Positions 35,455-48,912 of a stretch of DNA of 64,000 nt are shown here, piece by piece (positions within the stretch are counted from its first letter, which is position 1; each line of letters starts with the position of its first letter). Source of the DNA: Guillardia theta CCMP2712 (Eukaryota > Protista > Cryptophyta); contig NW_005434471.1 in assembly GCF_000315625.1 (NCBI RefSeq), forward strand, positions 1 through 64,000. Direction: 5' to 3'. The translations under genes and the position numbers were made by a program. The notes under the pieces are model-generated. The model saw only the letters and a list, made by a program, of their open reading frames with translations, had not been told where the DNA came from and did no database searches.

Positions 35455-38400
35455 ATGGCAGCTGAAGGCGGAGGTAATGGATCCATGGTGGGAGGGGAGG
35501 CAGGGGCGACAGATCGCAAGGAGGCAGTGAGGTCAGAGATGATGCTGAGAAGAGAAGAACGATGATGGGAAAGAGAGGCAATGAACTGAGAGTTGATGAC
35601 TGGGGGGTGATAGCCGAGAGGAAACAGCAAGGCAACTCACGACAAGCAAAGGAGCGAGAGCGAGAGCAAAGTCAACTTGAGTAGGATAGAGACAGAGACA
35701 GAGACAGAGACAGAGACAGAGACAGAGACAGAGACTGAGAAAGAGATAGAGATAGAGATAGAGATAGAGATAGAGACAGAGACAGAGACAGAGACAGAGA
35801 CAGAGACAGAGACTGAGAAAGAGATAGAGATAGAGATAGAGACAGAGATAGAGACAGAGACAGAGACAGAGACAGAGGAAGAGATAGAGACAGAGATAGA
35901 GGAAGAGATAGAGACAGAGATGGAGACAGAGATAGAGACAGAGACAGAGACAGAGACAGAGGAAGAGATAGAGACAGAGATAGAGGAAGAGATAGAGATA
36001 GAGATGGAGACAGAGATGGAGACAGAGATGGAGACAGAGGAAGAGATAGAGCAAGAGATAGAGCAAGAGATAGATACTTGGAGAGCAGGAGAAAAGGACA
36101 AGAGAGACAGGCATGCACCCGGATAAGAGGACAGTAGCATTCTTCACTTGAGAATCAGGCTGATACTTAGCGTTCTCTACCTTTGATCTTTTTTGTATGA
36201 AGACATCTTACTTGTCGCGTGTTTCAGACCCGGCAGCTGTGGATTTCGAATCTGACCTCCATCAGATTTGGCGCGACGACAGGCAACTGAGACGGATTGT
36301 GATTGAGGGGATATTAACTCGAAAGGAATCAGATGGTTGTCTGAAAACATACTCAATGATGCATCTGCTTTGGATTATTTCTCTAACTCGCACTGGTAAG
36401 CTTGAATCGCGCAAGTGTTAAGTGTTTCCTCTTGCAAGGTCCACCTTTGTTTCACTTCCTTCTCCATGCTCTCTCCCGCACTCTTGTCGCATACTCTAAC
36501 TCTACTGGGGGTTCTTCTCTCCTTGTCGCAGGTACGATCCATCCTGTCTCACTGCGCACTTCAACATGCAGAATCAGCTCTCGGGCGGCAAGATGGACAG
36601 GTGAGATAGCATCACTTTGCTTTGCGGATATGTGCAACACGCTGCACAGGCAATACTTGAAACGGATGGCGGGAATAGACTTCGAGATGGCCCGCCCTGA
36701 TGTTCAGGTACAAGATAAATGCAGTGACCAAGTTTGGTTTCTGACTTGCTTCTTTGTGCTCTGCTGCTCTCTCCTGCTTTCCTCATATTGTCGGTGTTGG
36801 TATCTTTGCATGTTTTTGTGTTGTTGATAGGGAAAGGGGGTGTACGTCATCGACAAAGTGAAAAGAGTGAAGGATCCTAATGCCAAGGATGGTATCTCAC
36901 AGGTGCGTTGGTGTCAATGTTTGTATTTCCTTCATTCTTCCCAAGTAATCTTTGATGTTTGTTCAACTTGGTTTTCCTTGCCTGGACTCTATGCTTTATC
37001 ATCTTTGATTTCAATATCTCTCTTTCTTTTTGGATTTTTTATTGTATTCTGATTTCATGACCTTTCAACAATTTCAACGCACTGAACAGACACGCCTGGC
37101 GTCATACTACGTGACTGCAGATGGGTAAGACTTGTGAAGGTGCATTGTACATCTCTCATTTTCAACCTAGATGGGTGTACATGTGCCCACCCATACAGAA
37201 ACTTGTCGATTCAAAGCTTCAGGTGCTCAATCTGCATTAAAAAGATACGACAAATAACACATTTTCATCAGATGATTTCCTACTTCTTGAAGAAAGCTCT
37301 CGAGCACACTTCTTCACATTATTCGTTCAGGTGAGGAACGAGAGTCTGTTTTCTCACATTTATTGCTCGGGTTGCCTGGATTTGTTTGCATATTTGTGCA
37401 TCGCTTGTCTGAATTTCTCCATCAGCCTCACAGCTGGTCACGTGCTGAACAAGCCGAGTGACCAGAAATCCGAGGAATGGAAGCCGGTAAAGCTTTTTTC
37501 CATTTCATCGCTTGTCTGCATGTTTCCTTCTCCTAGTTTATGCTCTTGATGTGTGCAAAACTCTCTCTTCTCTGTCTGATGTATCAGGTGCTTGCTGATT
37601 ATCTTACATCTTCTCAGATCACTTGTTTCGGCGCTTCAGCCTTGAAGCCACAAGGTATTTGTTTTCTTGCTTTTCGCCGCGTGCTGAAAGCTTCTTGCAG
37701 CAGTAGACAGGGAGCAGGTTGAGGACACGAAGGTGACCGGCGATAAATGGAAGTTTGGACTTGCTGGACTGAAGAGACGTGCAGATGGTAGAGAAGATGC
37801 TGAAGTCGATTTCAAAACTTTACCCCATCATCATCCCGGTCGGTTGTACCTCTGAATTTTGTTGTTGTTGACGCGTCTTTGTTGTTTCAGCCGGAGGCTG
37901 CAGCTCCGCCAGCAGGTGATGATGCCTCCTTGCTGCTCTCTCCATCTTTCTTTGTCCTCGTTCTTCTTTCTCTTCCGCTCTTCTGCTTGCCTGACCTCAC
38001 CCACGGGGTCTCCCACTCCTTCCGCCTTGTCTCGCACGTGCGCCCTAACCGCTCATGTGGGTCGAATAGATCAAAACAGCCAGCAGCCAGCCCCCGCTGC
38101 ATCGCAGGTGCTGGAAATCCTCCCCTCCCCTCCCCTTCCTCTTACCGTCCTCACCATTAGGCGGCTGCTACCTCCTCCATCCCCACACCCACATCGGCTC
38201 TACCGGCAACTGGAGCTCTTCCTATGAGCGGCACATCGGCCGGAATGGCAACAGGCGGGGTCGGAACGACCAGCGCTGGATTGCAGCCGGGGATGCCGAT
38301 GAACACGATGCCGACCACTGGGGCGTCGTCCATGGGGGCGATGAACCCGGCGCTTGCAATGCAGGCGGGGCAGAAAAGGTGAGGGATGCTTGCTGGGCTT

Positions 38401-38479
38401 CTGCTCGACTCATTGAAAGCACAGGCCGGGGATGATGATGCCGACGTCAATGCCTATGACTAAGAAGTCCAGGAACTAG
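35455..38479 (+). CDS. MED6: Mediator complex subunit 6, multi-exon
   Basis: Spliced DLHQIWRD, YDPSC, MAGIDFEM, VYVIDKVKR, LASYYVT, VYMCPPIQKLVDSKL fits the Med6 order. Ends in a low-complexity tail. Confidence 0.7.
35686..36073. repeat. (GAGACA/GAGATA)n hexamer satellite in the first MED6 intron
   Basis: About 60 hexamers with higher-order blocks. Confidence 0.95.
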
Positions 38480-41220
38480 CGAGACCCTTCCGTCCTCTCG
38501 CCTTCTGTCCCCATACCCTTGCCCACTCACCACCCAATCTTACATCTCGACTCTCCCATCTGTTTTCATTCCTCCTTTCTTCGTTCGCTTCCTCCTTTCC
38601 TTATCACCTACTGGCACTCCTTCCTAGATTTCTCTGCAGGAGGCGCCGCTTTCATTCCATGAGAATAAAGTTTAAAGCTTTTTGCTCACCTCTCCTCCTC
38701 TCCTGTTGTTCTTCTGACTTTCTGCTCTCCTGATCCCTTCTACACCTGTTTCAGCTCCTCATCAGTTGTTGTGCTCTCCGCTTCCTACATCTAGTTCATC
38801 GTTTCGAATCCTATTGGACAAGAGAAGAACAACTTAGAATCAGGTGTCAACGACAACAAAGACGGGCTAAGGTTGGAGGATAAAGTGTTATCTCTTTTGC
38901 AAGGATTTATTAGTTCTCCGACACTTTTCATATATCGCATTTGATTCTTTACCAAACCTACACCAAACCTACATGAGAGCCCAAGAACAAATGGACCGCT
39001 TCATGCACGCCGCTGACTGTAGTGAGCATTATGAGACCGATAGTATGTGTCAGTACAAAGATCTTGATAGCTAATGATCGTATGTTCTGTCAGTACAAAA
39101 CTCTAATTTGTTCTACCATATCAGAGACTCGCGAGGCCGTTGGTGACATTGGTGCTGGTCCAACCCACCTGCTCTCGTCCGACGGGCTCCTTTCGTTGTG
39201 GTACGTAACGGAACGCGGTGATTTTCCTGTAGATCTTTGATCGACTTTGTTTTGTGCATTCTGGTCATACAAGCTTCATATTCAATCATCTTGGGTCTTG
39301 TCGCTGCTCACGACCCATCACCTCCCCCCTCCGCACTCCCCCCTCCATTCTTTCCCGCCCGCATTTCGTCTTTTCTGAGAGTCTCGACAAAGAAAGAAAA
39401 AATACCACAAACTTTCACCGTTCCCAGATAACGGGTGGGGAGCCCCCCCCTCACCCCTTCTTTTGTGGGAGAAAGAGGGGTGCTCTTCCATCGACGAGAG
39501 CCATTTTTAATGATAATTGAGTGAAATACTTGTATAATAAATAATATATATTTAATAACATCAGTAGAAACATAAATATATACTTTTCAATAAGATAATA
39601 TATATATGTTTATGCTACCAATTCATAAATGATATCATCGTATTGGTTTTACATTTGGTGCATATCGAGATGATAACTAAATATTTTCATTCAAACAAAA
39701 ACAAACATATATTACATATGCTAAAAATAATAACTTTTTATATGTATATAAAACTTTTATATCTCAATAAAAAATGCTAAAAGTCTTGCCTTTACCGCCC
39801 TCCAGGCCATTCAGCCACCACCCCCCTTGACCTACGCGAATTGTTGACCCCACCCATGTCATTTCCTCACTGCGCAAGATCCACCCACCCCAAATTTGAA
39901 CATCCTTTTAGCACCTCAACCCATCAGGTTACATTTCAGGTCCTTCCTATGAGATAGACCTTTCTGACTTTTAGCATACTTATGGATTTGAGTAGCTTGA
40001 TGGGCCATGACGAAACTTTTAAGTACCCCCTTGTCGATTACCCCCTCTGTTGACACCCCACCCTACTTTCCTCAAAAATAACCTAGCCCCTCTTGACCAA
40101 GTAGCACACCCCCACCCCTCCTCAAAAGACTAATTCCCGCCCCCGCCATCCCCGCCACTGCCGCTCAACATGGCGGTTCCTGTGCTGTTGCAGCGCCTCT
40201 TGCCTTGCTCCCCGCCTGAGACAACTTTCTCTTCATCTTCAAATTCTTCTTTGTTCTCTTCCTGCGTGATGGCTGCCTCCTTCCGCTCAAAGCTTCTTTC
40301 TGTCTGCTTGCCAACTTTGCGAGGGTTCCCTTCAGATCCCGCCCCCTCTCCTCGCTCATATGTGCTGACGACCCCGTTCATTTACCCCCTCCTAGCCTTA
40401 CACATCACAGACCATCACGTTTCCACTCGAAATCTTTCATCCATCCTCCAATCTTCGGCGTGTTTGGTTGCTCTGCTCATGAATCAGTGCTCTCGCGGAT
40501 TCTTCCTTCTCGACCCCTCCCCCCACCGCCATACATCCCTTCCGTACTGCGTGCGACCCGCCTAAATAATTCTACTTTTTCTTCGAACATTTCTATCTTC
40601 ATTGTCTGTGCGGTTACCTCCTCTGTTTTCTTTGTCTATGCTCAAATGTTTTCTCGTTCTGCCCGTCCGTGTCTCGAGCTCGTGCCTGTGTCAGCTAGGC
40701 CCTTTCCTCGACTCGATCTGTCACCTTTAAGAGGGTCTTTCCATGTCCTCTTCTTTGCCAGTTGTTGGTGGCCGGTGTACTCTCCTTGCCTCGTTATGTG
40801 CCCTAGTGTGTATGCGATCCTGTTAGGTTCATAGCTCGTGTCATTTCGCGTATTAAGGTCCATAAGGTGTATACATCCCAGTCATGGTTTTGATTTGATT
40901 GCTTGACGGATACACTGCCCTCCTCTATGTATCTGGTATGTGGTAGGTCAATACAGACTAGGATTCCTGCACTCAGCCTATTGTCTCGAGTCTGCTCAGC
41001 CATTGCCTTGGCGCCCTTTCATTCATCCATGTCACCCTACCATCGCATGCTTGTTCTTCGTTCTTCTCCTTGTTCACTCAAACCCTCTCATCTCTCTCAT
41101 CACTCTACAGAATGCTTTGTCCTGCTGTGTGGCCCGTTGTGCCGAATCCTCCTTGTGCTGACCTTGGTTCAACAGTCACAACAGCCGAGGTGAGCGGGGT
41201 GGATGCAAGGCGAAGCATCG

Positions 41221-43400
41221 ATGGGCGCCGTGGGAAGCCCGATGGAATTGGAACCGGACGTGGGAGCCTTCGTGGCAAACCTCCCGCGATTCTCCGTGAT
41301 TCCTTCCCTGGATCCTTACGGGCAGACTCCATTGAGAGTGACATCTCCCACCAGTGAGTACCCCTCCTCGTTCCCTCCCTTGCTCCCCCCCTGCCTCTGC
41401 TGTCTTTGTGTGCTCATACATGCCTTGCAGGTAGCGTGTATTATAATGACAATTATTGTTTTACCCATGTGCCGTCAACGAGGAGGAGCAAACAGTCAGT
41501 GGCTGACTCGGCGACGACAGTTGCTGACGCTGCCTCAGGACCTCGCTTGCATATTCGGTCAGGAACAGGGAATGTGGTGGCCCAAGAATTTGCACACCGA
41601 GGTCTATCCTGGAAGGGCTGTGCAGCGACGAGTCCAGCACCTACCAGATGTACGGGAACGAAGATGGCTCGCCTCCTTTCAGTCTCAAGTTTGGGAAGTC
41701 AAAGCGGGCTGCATGTCTGGTAGGACTCGCTCATTGCTTGCAGCAGTAGCTTGCAGTGACCCTTAATGCAGGTGGTTGCCGATGAAGAAGGAAGTGTATC
41801 CATCATCGACTCATCCAAGCCCAAGTCTCAGTCCAACATGTGCTCGTGGCTGTGCCACAGGAATGCAATTTTTGACGTCGCCATAGCCGGTGAGCCTCTG
41901 CTCAGCCATCGTCTCCGCTGATTGGTCATGGCAGATGGAGACGATTTGCTGGCAACAGCTTCGGGGGATCAGACGATCAAGCTTTGGGACCTTTCGTCCC
42001 ATGAACCTGTGGAAAAGTTGATGCTGAGAGGCCACAAGAGCAGCGTCAAGTCTGTACAGTTTAGGCCGGGGAGTCAGAACGAGTTGGTGTCGGGGGCGAG
42101 GGAGGGATCTATTTTTTTATGGGATGTGAGGGTTAAGAATGATGGCTGCACTACCAGGAGCCAGGGGGAGGTGAGTCCAGGAGGAGGGTCCCAGCTTGCG
42201 TCCGCTGACTCGCACAAGCAGACGGGGAGGCCAACGAAGCAAATCGCTGAAGCGCATGCGAAACGAAATTATGCGAACATCACGACATCTCCTCGCAGAA
42301 AAAGCAAAGACGCGAAGAACTCAACATCTTGCAGTGTCACAAGCGTGGTCTTCATCAACGACTACATCTTAGCGTCGGCTGGGGACAACGACGGTAGCGT
42401 CAAATTCTGGGATCTAAGGAGAGGATGGACGTCTCGGGTAGGAGGCCTGGTCGTGGTTGTAGCAGGAGTTGACATCTATTTACAGCATACCTTCAAGCCG
42501 ACCTCCTTCCTCTCCCGCGAGGCCAGTGCGACAGGCCGGCCAAGGGGGATCACATCTCTCTCAGTGAACAACACCAATTCGAAGATCCTGGCGTCAAGCT
42601 CTGATCATCATATCTACATGTTCGACTGCCTGGTCCCCGAGCGGGAACCCTCGATCTACAGCGGGCATGTTGTCAATTCCTTCTACGTCAAGGCCTCCTT
42701 TTCTCCGGACTGCCGCTACATCATCAGTGGGAGCAGCGACTACCACGTGTACATCTGGGACGTCAGCAATCCGCTCCTCCCTCCCATGAGGCTTCGGGGC
42801 CACACTGGGGAGGTTTCGGACGTGGCCTGGAGCCAGAAAGAGTTCTGGAAGCTGGCCAGCAGCTCCGACGACACGACAGTGCGACTGTGGACGATCGACC
42901 GCGAGCTCAGCGAGCATTTCTCGGCGGAAGGAGCTCGTGGAGACACTGAGCTTCTCTCCCCGCACAGCAGCCGCTACAGCGGTGTCAGCGAGGTTCCTCG
43001 GGCATGGAGCCATCCTCCCAGCAAAGAGGAGGACCTGCTCACCTGCCACGAGGTTATGATGTTCACCGACACCTGCTCTTCTGACGGTAAGGGCGACCTG
43101 CTACTCGACCTCCTCCCCACCTGATGAACGTGGCAGATTCTCTGACTCCCCGCAAGATCCGCAAGCTGAAACCCATCGATAGCATTGGGCTCGTACGACA
43201 TTCCAACCTGGACAACTCTAGGAGTCAGTCGGGAAGCCCAACGCTATGGAAGCAATCCAAGATCGAAGACTTCTACTCCTCCACCCCCATTAGCCGGAAG
43301 TGACCTGCCATGCGTTGCTTTCCGGGGTCCCGCCATGATAAGTTTTCCCTCAACCTTAAACTTCTTCCTCTTCTCGCTCGAACTTGGCATTAGTGATCCC
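41221..43400 (+). CDS. DTL: Denticleless/CDT2 WD40 protein (CRL4 substrate receptor); ends approximate
   Basis: ADEEGSV, HRNAIFDV, TASGDQTIKLWD, SGAREGSIFLWDVR, SFYVKASFSPD..SGSSD, GHTGEVSDVAW. Confidence 0.8.
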
Positions 43401-43429
43401 GCAAGATGCTCTGAGTGAAAGTTACCGTA

Positions 43430-44760
43430 CAGCGGGGCCAGAGGCTTGGCCAGTAGCCGCTAAGGCTGCCACTGTTGAGACTGGCAGTGGCGACTGCAGT
43501 GCCGCGCCACAGCTGGCCAGCAGTGAACGGTTGGTGACTGACTGAGGCGGCCGCTCACTCAGCGGCAGCCATCCGACCGTCCGGCGGCGACTCGGTCGAC
43601 GGCCGCGGCGGCGGCCGGGCCCGGCCCCGCCGGGCGGCACTGCTGAGGGGGCCAGCAAGTAGTAGGGCGGCTGATCCGAGGCTTCACCCCGGGCGGCGCC
43701 GGGCCTGCTCGGCCCGGCCCGGCCGCTACTACGGGTGCTAGACTCCGACCCGGGCCGCCGGGCCCGGGCAGCCTCAGGCTGGCCCTCTCCGCCCGGCGGC
43801 GTCCGATCCGGGCCACGGCCGGCCGCACCGTGACGGCGTCAGCGACCGACTCAGCCGCGGCCCGGCGGCCCTGTTTCAAGTTTCGCTGTCCGACGCCCGG
43901 ACCGACTCTCATCTTTTCTCTCTGAGTACGGTTTCGCCCGGCCGCCGCCGGGTCACCGTCTCGGGGCGGCGGCGCCGGGGCCGCCCGGCCGCCGCCCCGG
44001 CCCCGGCGGTTGGGTGACTGTGAGCCGCTGACCGTCTCAGTCGCACGCGGCGGCAGCCCGGCCGCCCCGGGCCGGCGGCGCGGCTGGCCCCCGCCCCCCG
44101 CCGCGCCGGGCGGCCCGGGCCCGGGGGCTGCCAATGAGTCACAGTGCCGGCCAGTGTCCGACGCAGTGCCGGCGGTCACTGCGGATAAACTTCTCGGTGA
44201 TTTTCAAGTTATATTATTAACTAGTAACGAGGCCCCTGAAAACAACATTTCAATCAACTTGGCAATCTCGGACATTCATAATTTCGCCGAATTTGAAATC
44301 ACGGTCAACGGGGCGGCACGGCTTGCAAGTTGCACTCGCCGCAGGAAGATCCACGGAGTCAGTATCCGAAGTATCCGACAACGGCGGCGTCACGGCGTGG
44401 TTCCAAGTACCGCCGTACGCCGGTACAATTTTGAACTTGGAAAGTTCCGACTCTTTTCAGTGCCCGGCCGGGATTCCGTACCGTAGTACCGACGACGGTA
44501 GGCACCGTGGTACGCCGGGTAGTGACGTTTCCTATACATCCGAGTCAAGTTAAGTTGCTTTTGATGCCGCAGCGTCCTCAAGTTCAAATCTCCGCGGCTT
44601 AGGTCGCGCGGCCGGCGGCCGGGCCCGGCGGGCCGGGCGCGGCCGGGCCCGGCCCGATCGGATTGGGACTCCGGGACCCGGGCCCGGATCGGACTGGGCC
44701 GCCCGACTCCGGGACCCGGCGACCCGGCGGCCCGGCCAGGCCCGGTGACTCCTCGATCGG
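43430..44760. other. Very GC-rich non-coding block (CCGG/GGCC-rich), probably repeat-derived
   Basis: Strong compositional shift. Similar blocks at ~16650-16930, 24850-25000 and 30300-31000. Confidence 0.5.
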
Positions 44761-45139
44761 ACCGTGGCGTGACATGTCACTTCAAGGAACCTGGTGACCA
44801 GCCACTTTACCGGTCGAACCACCCCTGATTCCGTGTACCCCCACCTCAAGTCTGCCTTTCTCCCACCCCCTGTTTTCACTCACTTTTACACCCCCTTTCA
44901 GAGAATTTCCCCTCCCCACCCCCATTGTGTAGCCCTTGTTTTCCCTGACATGGTATCTCACGAGAGTAGGTGAGAAAGGTGGTAGCTGAATTGGGTGGGT
45001 GGATCATGGTACAAACAGGGGGTATATACAAAGGGTGGGGTAGTAGAACCGGGGTAGACAGAGGGTGGGGTAGAGTCCATAAAACTCCCGTGCTTCCCTG
45101 CCCTCGCTCTCGTCTCCCTGCTGTCAGTAGCCGTCAACC

Positions 45140-45951
45140 TTGCCATGTCCTGGACGGACAGCATCGTCCCCTACCTCCTTGCAACAGGCCCCTGCACCCT
45201 CGTCGAGATCGGACAACGAGTCCCCAGGCCTGCGTCAGAGAGTCGGCAGCTGTCTGCTGTAGTCAGATCAGATCCTCGGCTTGTGATATCGCCTGAGGGG
45301 CTGGTGTCAGTCAGAAGCGTCACGGCAGGGAGAGAAGGAGGGGCGCAGCTGGTACCAGTGGCGACGGCTATCGGAGGAGGAGGAAGGAGGGGACGAAGCG
45401 GTGCTTCGACAGCGGCTTCAAGGCATACTGCCATGTCCTGGACGGACAGCATCGTCCCCTACCTCCTTGCAACAGGCCCCTGCACCCTTGGCGAGCTTGG
45501 CTCTAGAGTCCCCAGGCCTGCGTCAGAGAGTCGGCAGCTGTCTGCTGTAGTCAGATCAGATCCTCGGCTTGTGATATCGCCTGAGGGGCTGGTGTCAGTC
45601 AGAAGCGTCACGGCAGGGAGCGAAGGAGGGGTGCAGCTGGTTCTAGAACAGAATGGCGTAAGCCAACCAGTGGCGACGGCTATCGGAGGAGGAGGAAGGA
45701 GGGGACGAAGCGGTGCTTCGACAACGGCTTCAAGGCATACTGCCATGTCCTGGACGGACAGCATCGTCCCCTACCTCCTTGCAACAGGCCCCTGCACCCT
45801 TGGCGAGCTTGGCTCTAGAGTCCCCAGGCCTGCGTCAGAGAGTCGGCAGCTGTCTGCTGTAGTCAGATCAGATCCTCGGCTTGTGATATCGCCTGAGGGG
45901 CTGGTGTCAGTCAGAAGCGTCACGGCAGGGAGCGAAGGAGGGGCGCAGCTG
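45140..45951 (+). repeat. Three near-identical coding repeats (spacing 288 and 312 bp)
   Basis: TGCCATGTCCTGGACGGACAGC..., with ATGs at 45145, 45433 and 45745. Confidence 0.95.
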
Positions 45952-48677
45952 GCTGCAAGAGGAGGAGCAGCACCGGGACAGAGGGTTAGCAGAGGACAAG
46001 GAGCTTCAGGCCCTGGCGCTCCAGGCGTTGATGCAGAGATGAATGACAACGAAGAGGAGTCAGCTGGAACTAGAGCTTGGGATGATAAACAGATGCTCGA
46101 GGATATGCACGGGGTTTGGATCGACGAGAACGTTTGCCGGCTCCACAAGGACGAGCTGGGAAGACCGAAGGGATACGCGAAGGAGAAAGTTACGTGCGTG
46201 GTGACGATCAAACGCTTGAGTGGAGATCCGGTGCACCTGCTGGGGCTGTCGCTCAAGTCCGACGCGTTGGAGTTGATGGAGGGCGTCATGGAGCCTCCCC
46301 CGGCCCTTGCTCAAGGAGACTGTGTGCAGTTGGACGTGGAATTCCTGCCGCAGGTATGCTGACGCGCGTCAAGGTGAGGGGAGATGACGGGATGCGAGCA
46401 GGTGTACGGGCTTCTTGTTGGGGTCTTGGACTTCAACTTCTCCATCGGCCAGGACGAGAAATTCACCATCTCCCGCAACGTGTCCTTGCGCTGCTGCCAT
46501 GCCGACGAGATGAACCTTTTGGGCAGCCGGTACGAGCCCAAGCCATCCGTGTCCCTTCCTCAAGGAGTCGTGGCCTACACGGAGTTCCCTCCAAGCTCCT
46601 CGCACTTTGTTATTCGCCTAGAGGCTAACGAGAAGGCGATCGTGCGCGAGCTGGAGCAACTGACGAGAGAGCAGCTGAACGTCGTCTTACTCACCCTCAG
46701 GGCCCAGCTGCCAACCACCTACTATGCCTTCTTCTCTCGCCTCGTCACTCTTGAGCACATCGCCAGCTGCAAGAAGGTCACCAAGGAAGGCTACTTTGCG
46801 AACGCGATGCTGCAAGCCGAAGGCAATCTCCATGCTCTCTTCATCGATGGGCTGGCAGAGCGGAGGCCGTCGATCATGCGAGGAGATAGCGTCCAAGTTT
46901 GGCATGACCCCCAGGAGAAGTACAGGGGGTACGTGCAAGCCGTGCGGAGAGACAGCGTGTTGCTCAAGTTCCCCAAGCAGTTCATGTCGCTGTACAGCAA
47001 GAGAGAGAGACTGGACCTCTTCTTCGAGCCCAACACTTACAGCGTTAGGATGCATCTCCAATGCCTCCGCCTCTCCCACGATTATTGTGAAAACCTCTTT
47101 CCTGCTCTTGCCGACAAAGAAAGGGAGGGTGAAGAGTTTGTAGAAGAGTCGTTTCAGCCCTTCAACTCCAACCTCAACGCCGAACAGACGCATGCAGTGG
47201 GTCGTATCTTCCACCATGTTCTTTATTCCGCCTCGGTCTCTCCCTACATCGTCTTCGGACCTCCTGGTTGTCTTGCCTTGCTTCTCTTGTGTTCTCTGAC
47301 AGCCCCTTCATGCTCCAGGCACTGGAAAGTCTGTCACGGTCGTGGAAGCCATTCTCCAGCTGTACTTCAACTCCGACGTCAACATACTTGCTTGCGCACC
47401 CTCCAACTCAGCTGCTGATCTTCTCGTCCAGCGTCTGAGCAACTCGCTCGGCACCCAGACGATGTTCCGACACATGGCTTCTACTCGGCAGGTTGAGGAG
47501 ATCTCCAGCACGGTTCTCAGCTACAGCAACTACAACGAAGAAAACGAGCGATTTGAGTTCCCTGGCTTGTCAAACTTCATGGACTATCGCGTCGTCGTCT
47601 CGACCTGCAACGCAGCTATGGCGCTGTACAACCATGGCGTGCATAGAAATCACTTTGACGTCGTGTTCATGGACGAGGCTGGCACAGCCCATGAGGTGGA
47701 GGCTGCTGGCGCTGCTTGTGCTCTCCTGGGCAGGTCAGGCAAGTTGGTGCTGGCAGGAGACCCCAAGCAGCTGGGGCCTGTCGTCCTCTCTGAGCCCGCC
47801 AGTCAGAATGGACTGTCCGTCTCTCTGCTGGAGCGACTCATGGAGCATGATCTGTACCAGCTGAAAAACGGAGAGTTCGACCCCAGTCACGTCACTATGC
47901 TGCAAAGAAACTATCGATCTCACCCTGCCATCATCAAGTTCCCCAGCGATCGATTCTACCTCGGCAAGCTCACGGCGCATGGCGATGAGCGGCAGGTGAT
48001 GTCGTTGGCTGACTGGGAGCACCTGCCGTGCAGGGGCTTCCCCATCATCGTCAAGTGCGTGGAGGGCATCAACGAGCAGGAGGAGTCCAGCCCCTCCTGG
48101 TTCAACACGACTGAGTGTCTGGAGGTGGTCAACTACATCCAGCTGCTCCTCTCGAGCCGGCCAGACGTGCTGCCGTCAGACATCGGGGTCATCAGCCCAT
48201 ACGATAGGCAGGTGAAGAAGATACGGCAGCTGATCACCAGTAAGAACATCCCGCAAGGGGAGCTGGGAATTAAGGTCAACCGTCGCGTGTTAAGACTGCT
48301 GTCCGGTCTGATTCTCAGCTGCAGGTTGGCACTACCGAGCTGTTCCAGGGCCTTGAGAGGCGCGTCATTATCATCTCCACCGTCCGCAGCGACCCCTTGC
48401 TCCTTCAGTCTGACGACCGCTTCAACCTGGGCTTCGTCAACTCGGCCAAGAGGTAACATGCCAGTGCCTCTGCCAACGGCCAGCTGAGCCTGAGGGTCGT
48501 GACACGTGGGGCAGGTTCAACGTGGCAGTGACGAGGGCGCAGTGCCTGATGATAGTCATCGGAAACCTCAAGTGCCTGGCCAAGGACAGCTTGTGGAAGG
48601 ACTTCTTGACCTACTGCAACGACCATGGGGCTCTTATCTCTGATCGCAGCAACCATGACAGATGCTGTATCCTGTAG
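45145..48677 (+). CDS. MOV10/SDE3/Armitage-like SF1 RNA helicase with three N-terminal wHTH (LOTUS-like) repeats
   Basis: [13 protein letters not shown]|[69 protein letters not shown]. Confidence 0.9.
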
Positions 48678-48912
48678 AAGCCGAAGTTCGAGAGCTGAGA
48701 GATCGAGAGATAAAGCTGGGAAGAGAGCTGAGAGATCGAGAGCTGAGAAGAGAGAGGGTAGAGCATACCATCACGTGAGCATGCCGGTATCCTGACTATT
48801 ACAATTGAACTCACTCTTTTCTCTTTTACTGGAAATAACACAAAGAACAATGCTGGGAGGGCAACCCCTCCGTACTCTACAATATCCCCCTCATCATCAA
48901 CAACTTCAGCTC

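Noticed and set aside
35533-36147. Long ORFs over the hexamer satellite (also 17024-17602, 27042-27242, 59248-59605, 60900-61227)
   Set aside because: Translation artefacts of simple repeats, mostly inside introns.
43422-44879. Pro/Gly/Arg/Ala-rich ORFs in the GC-rich block
   Set aside because: Stop-codon scarcity at extreme GC and no protein motifs.
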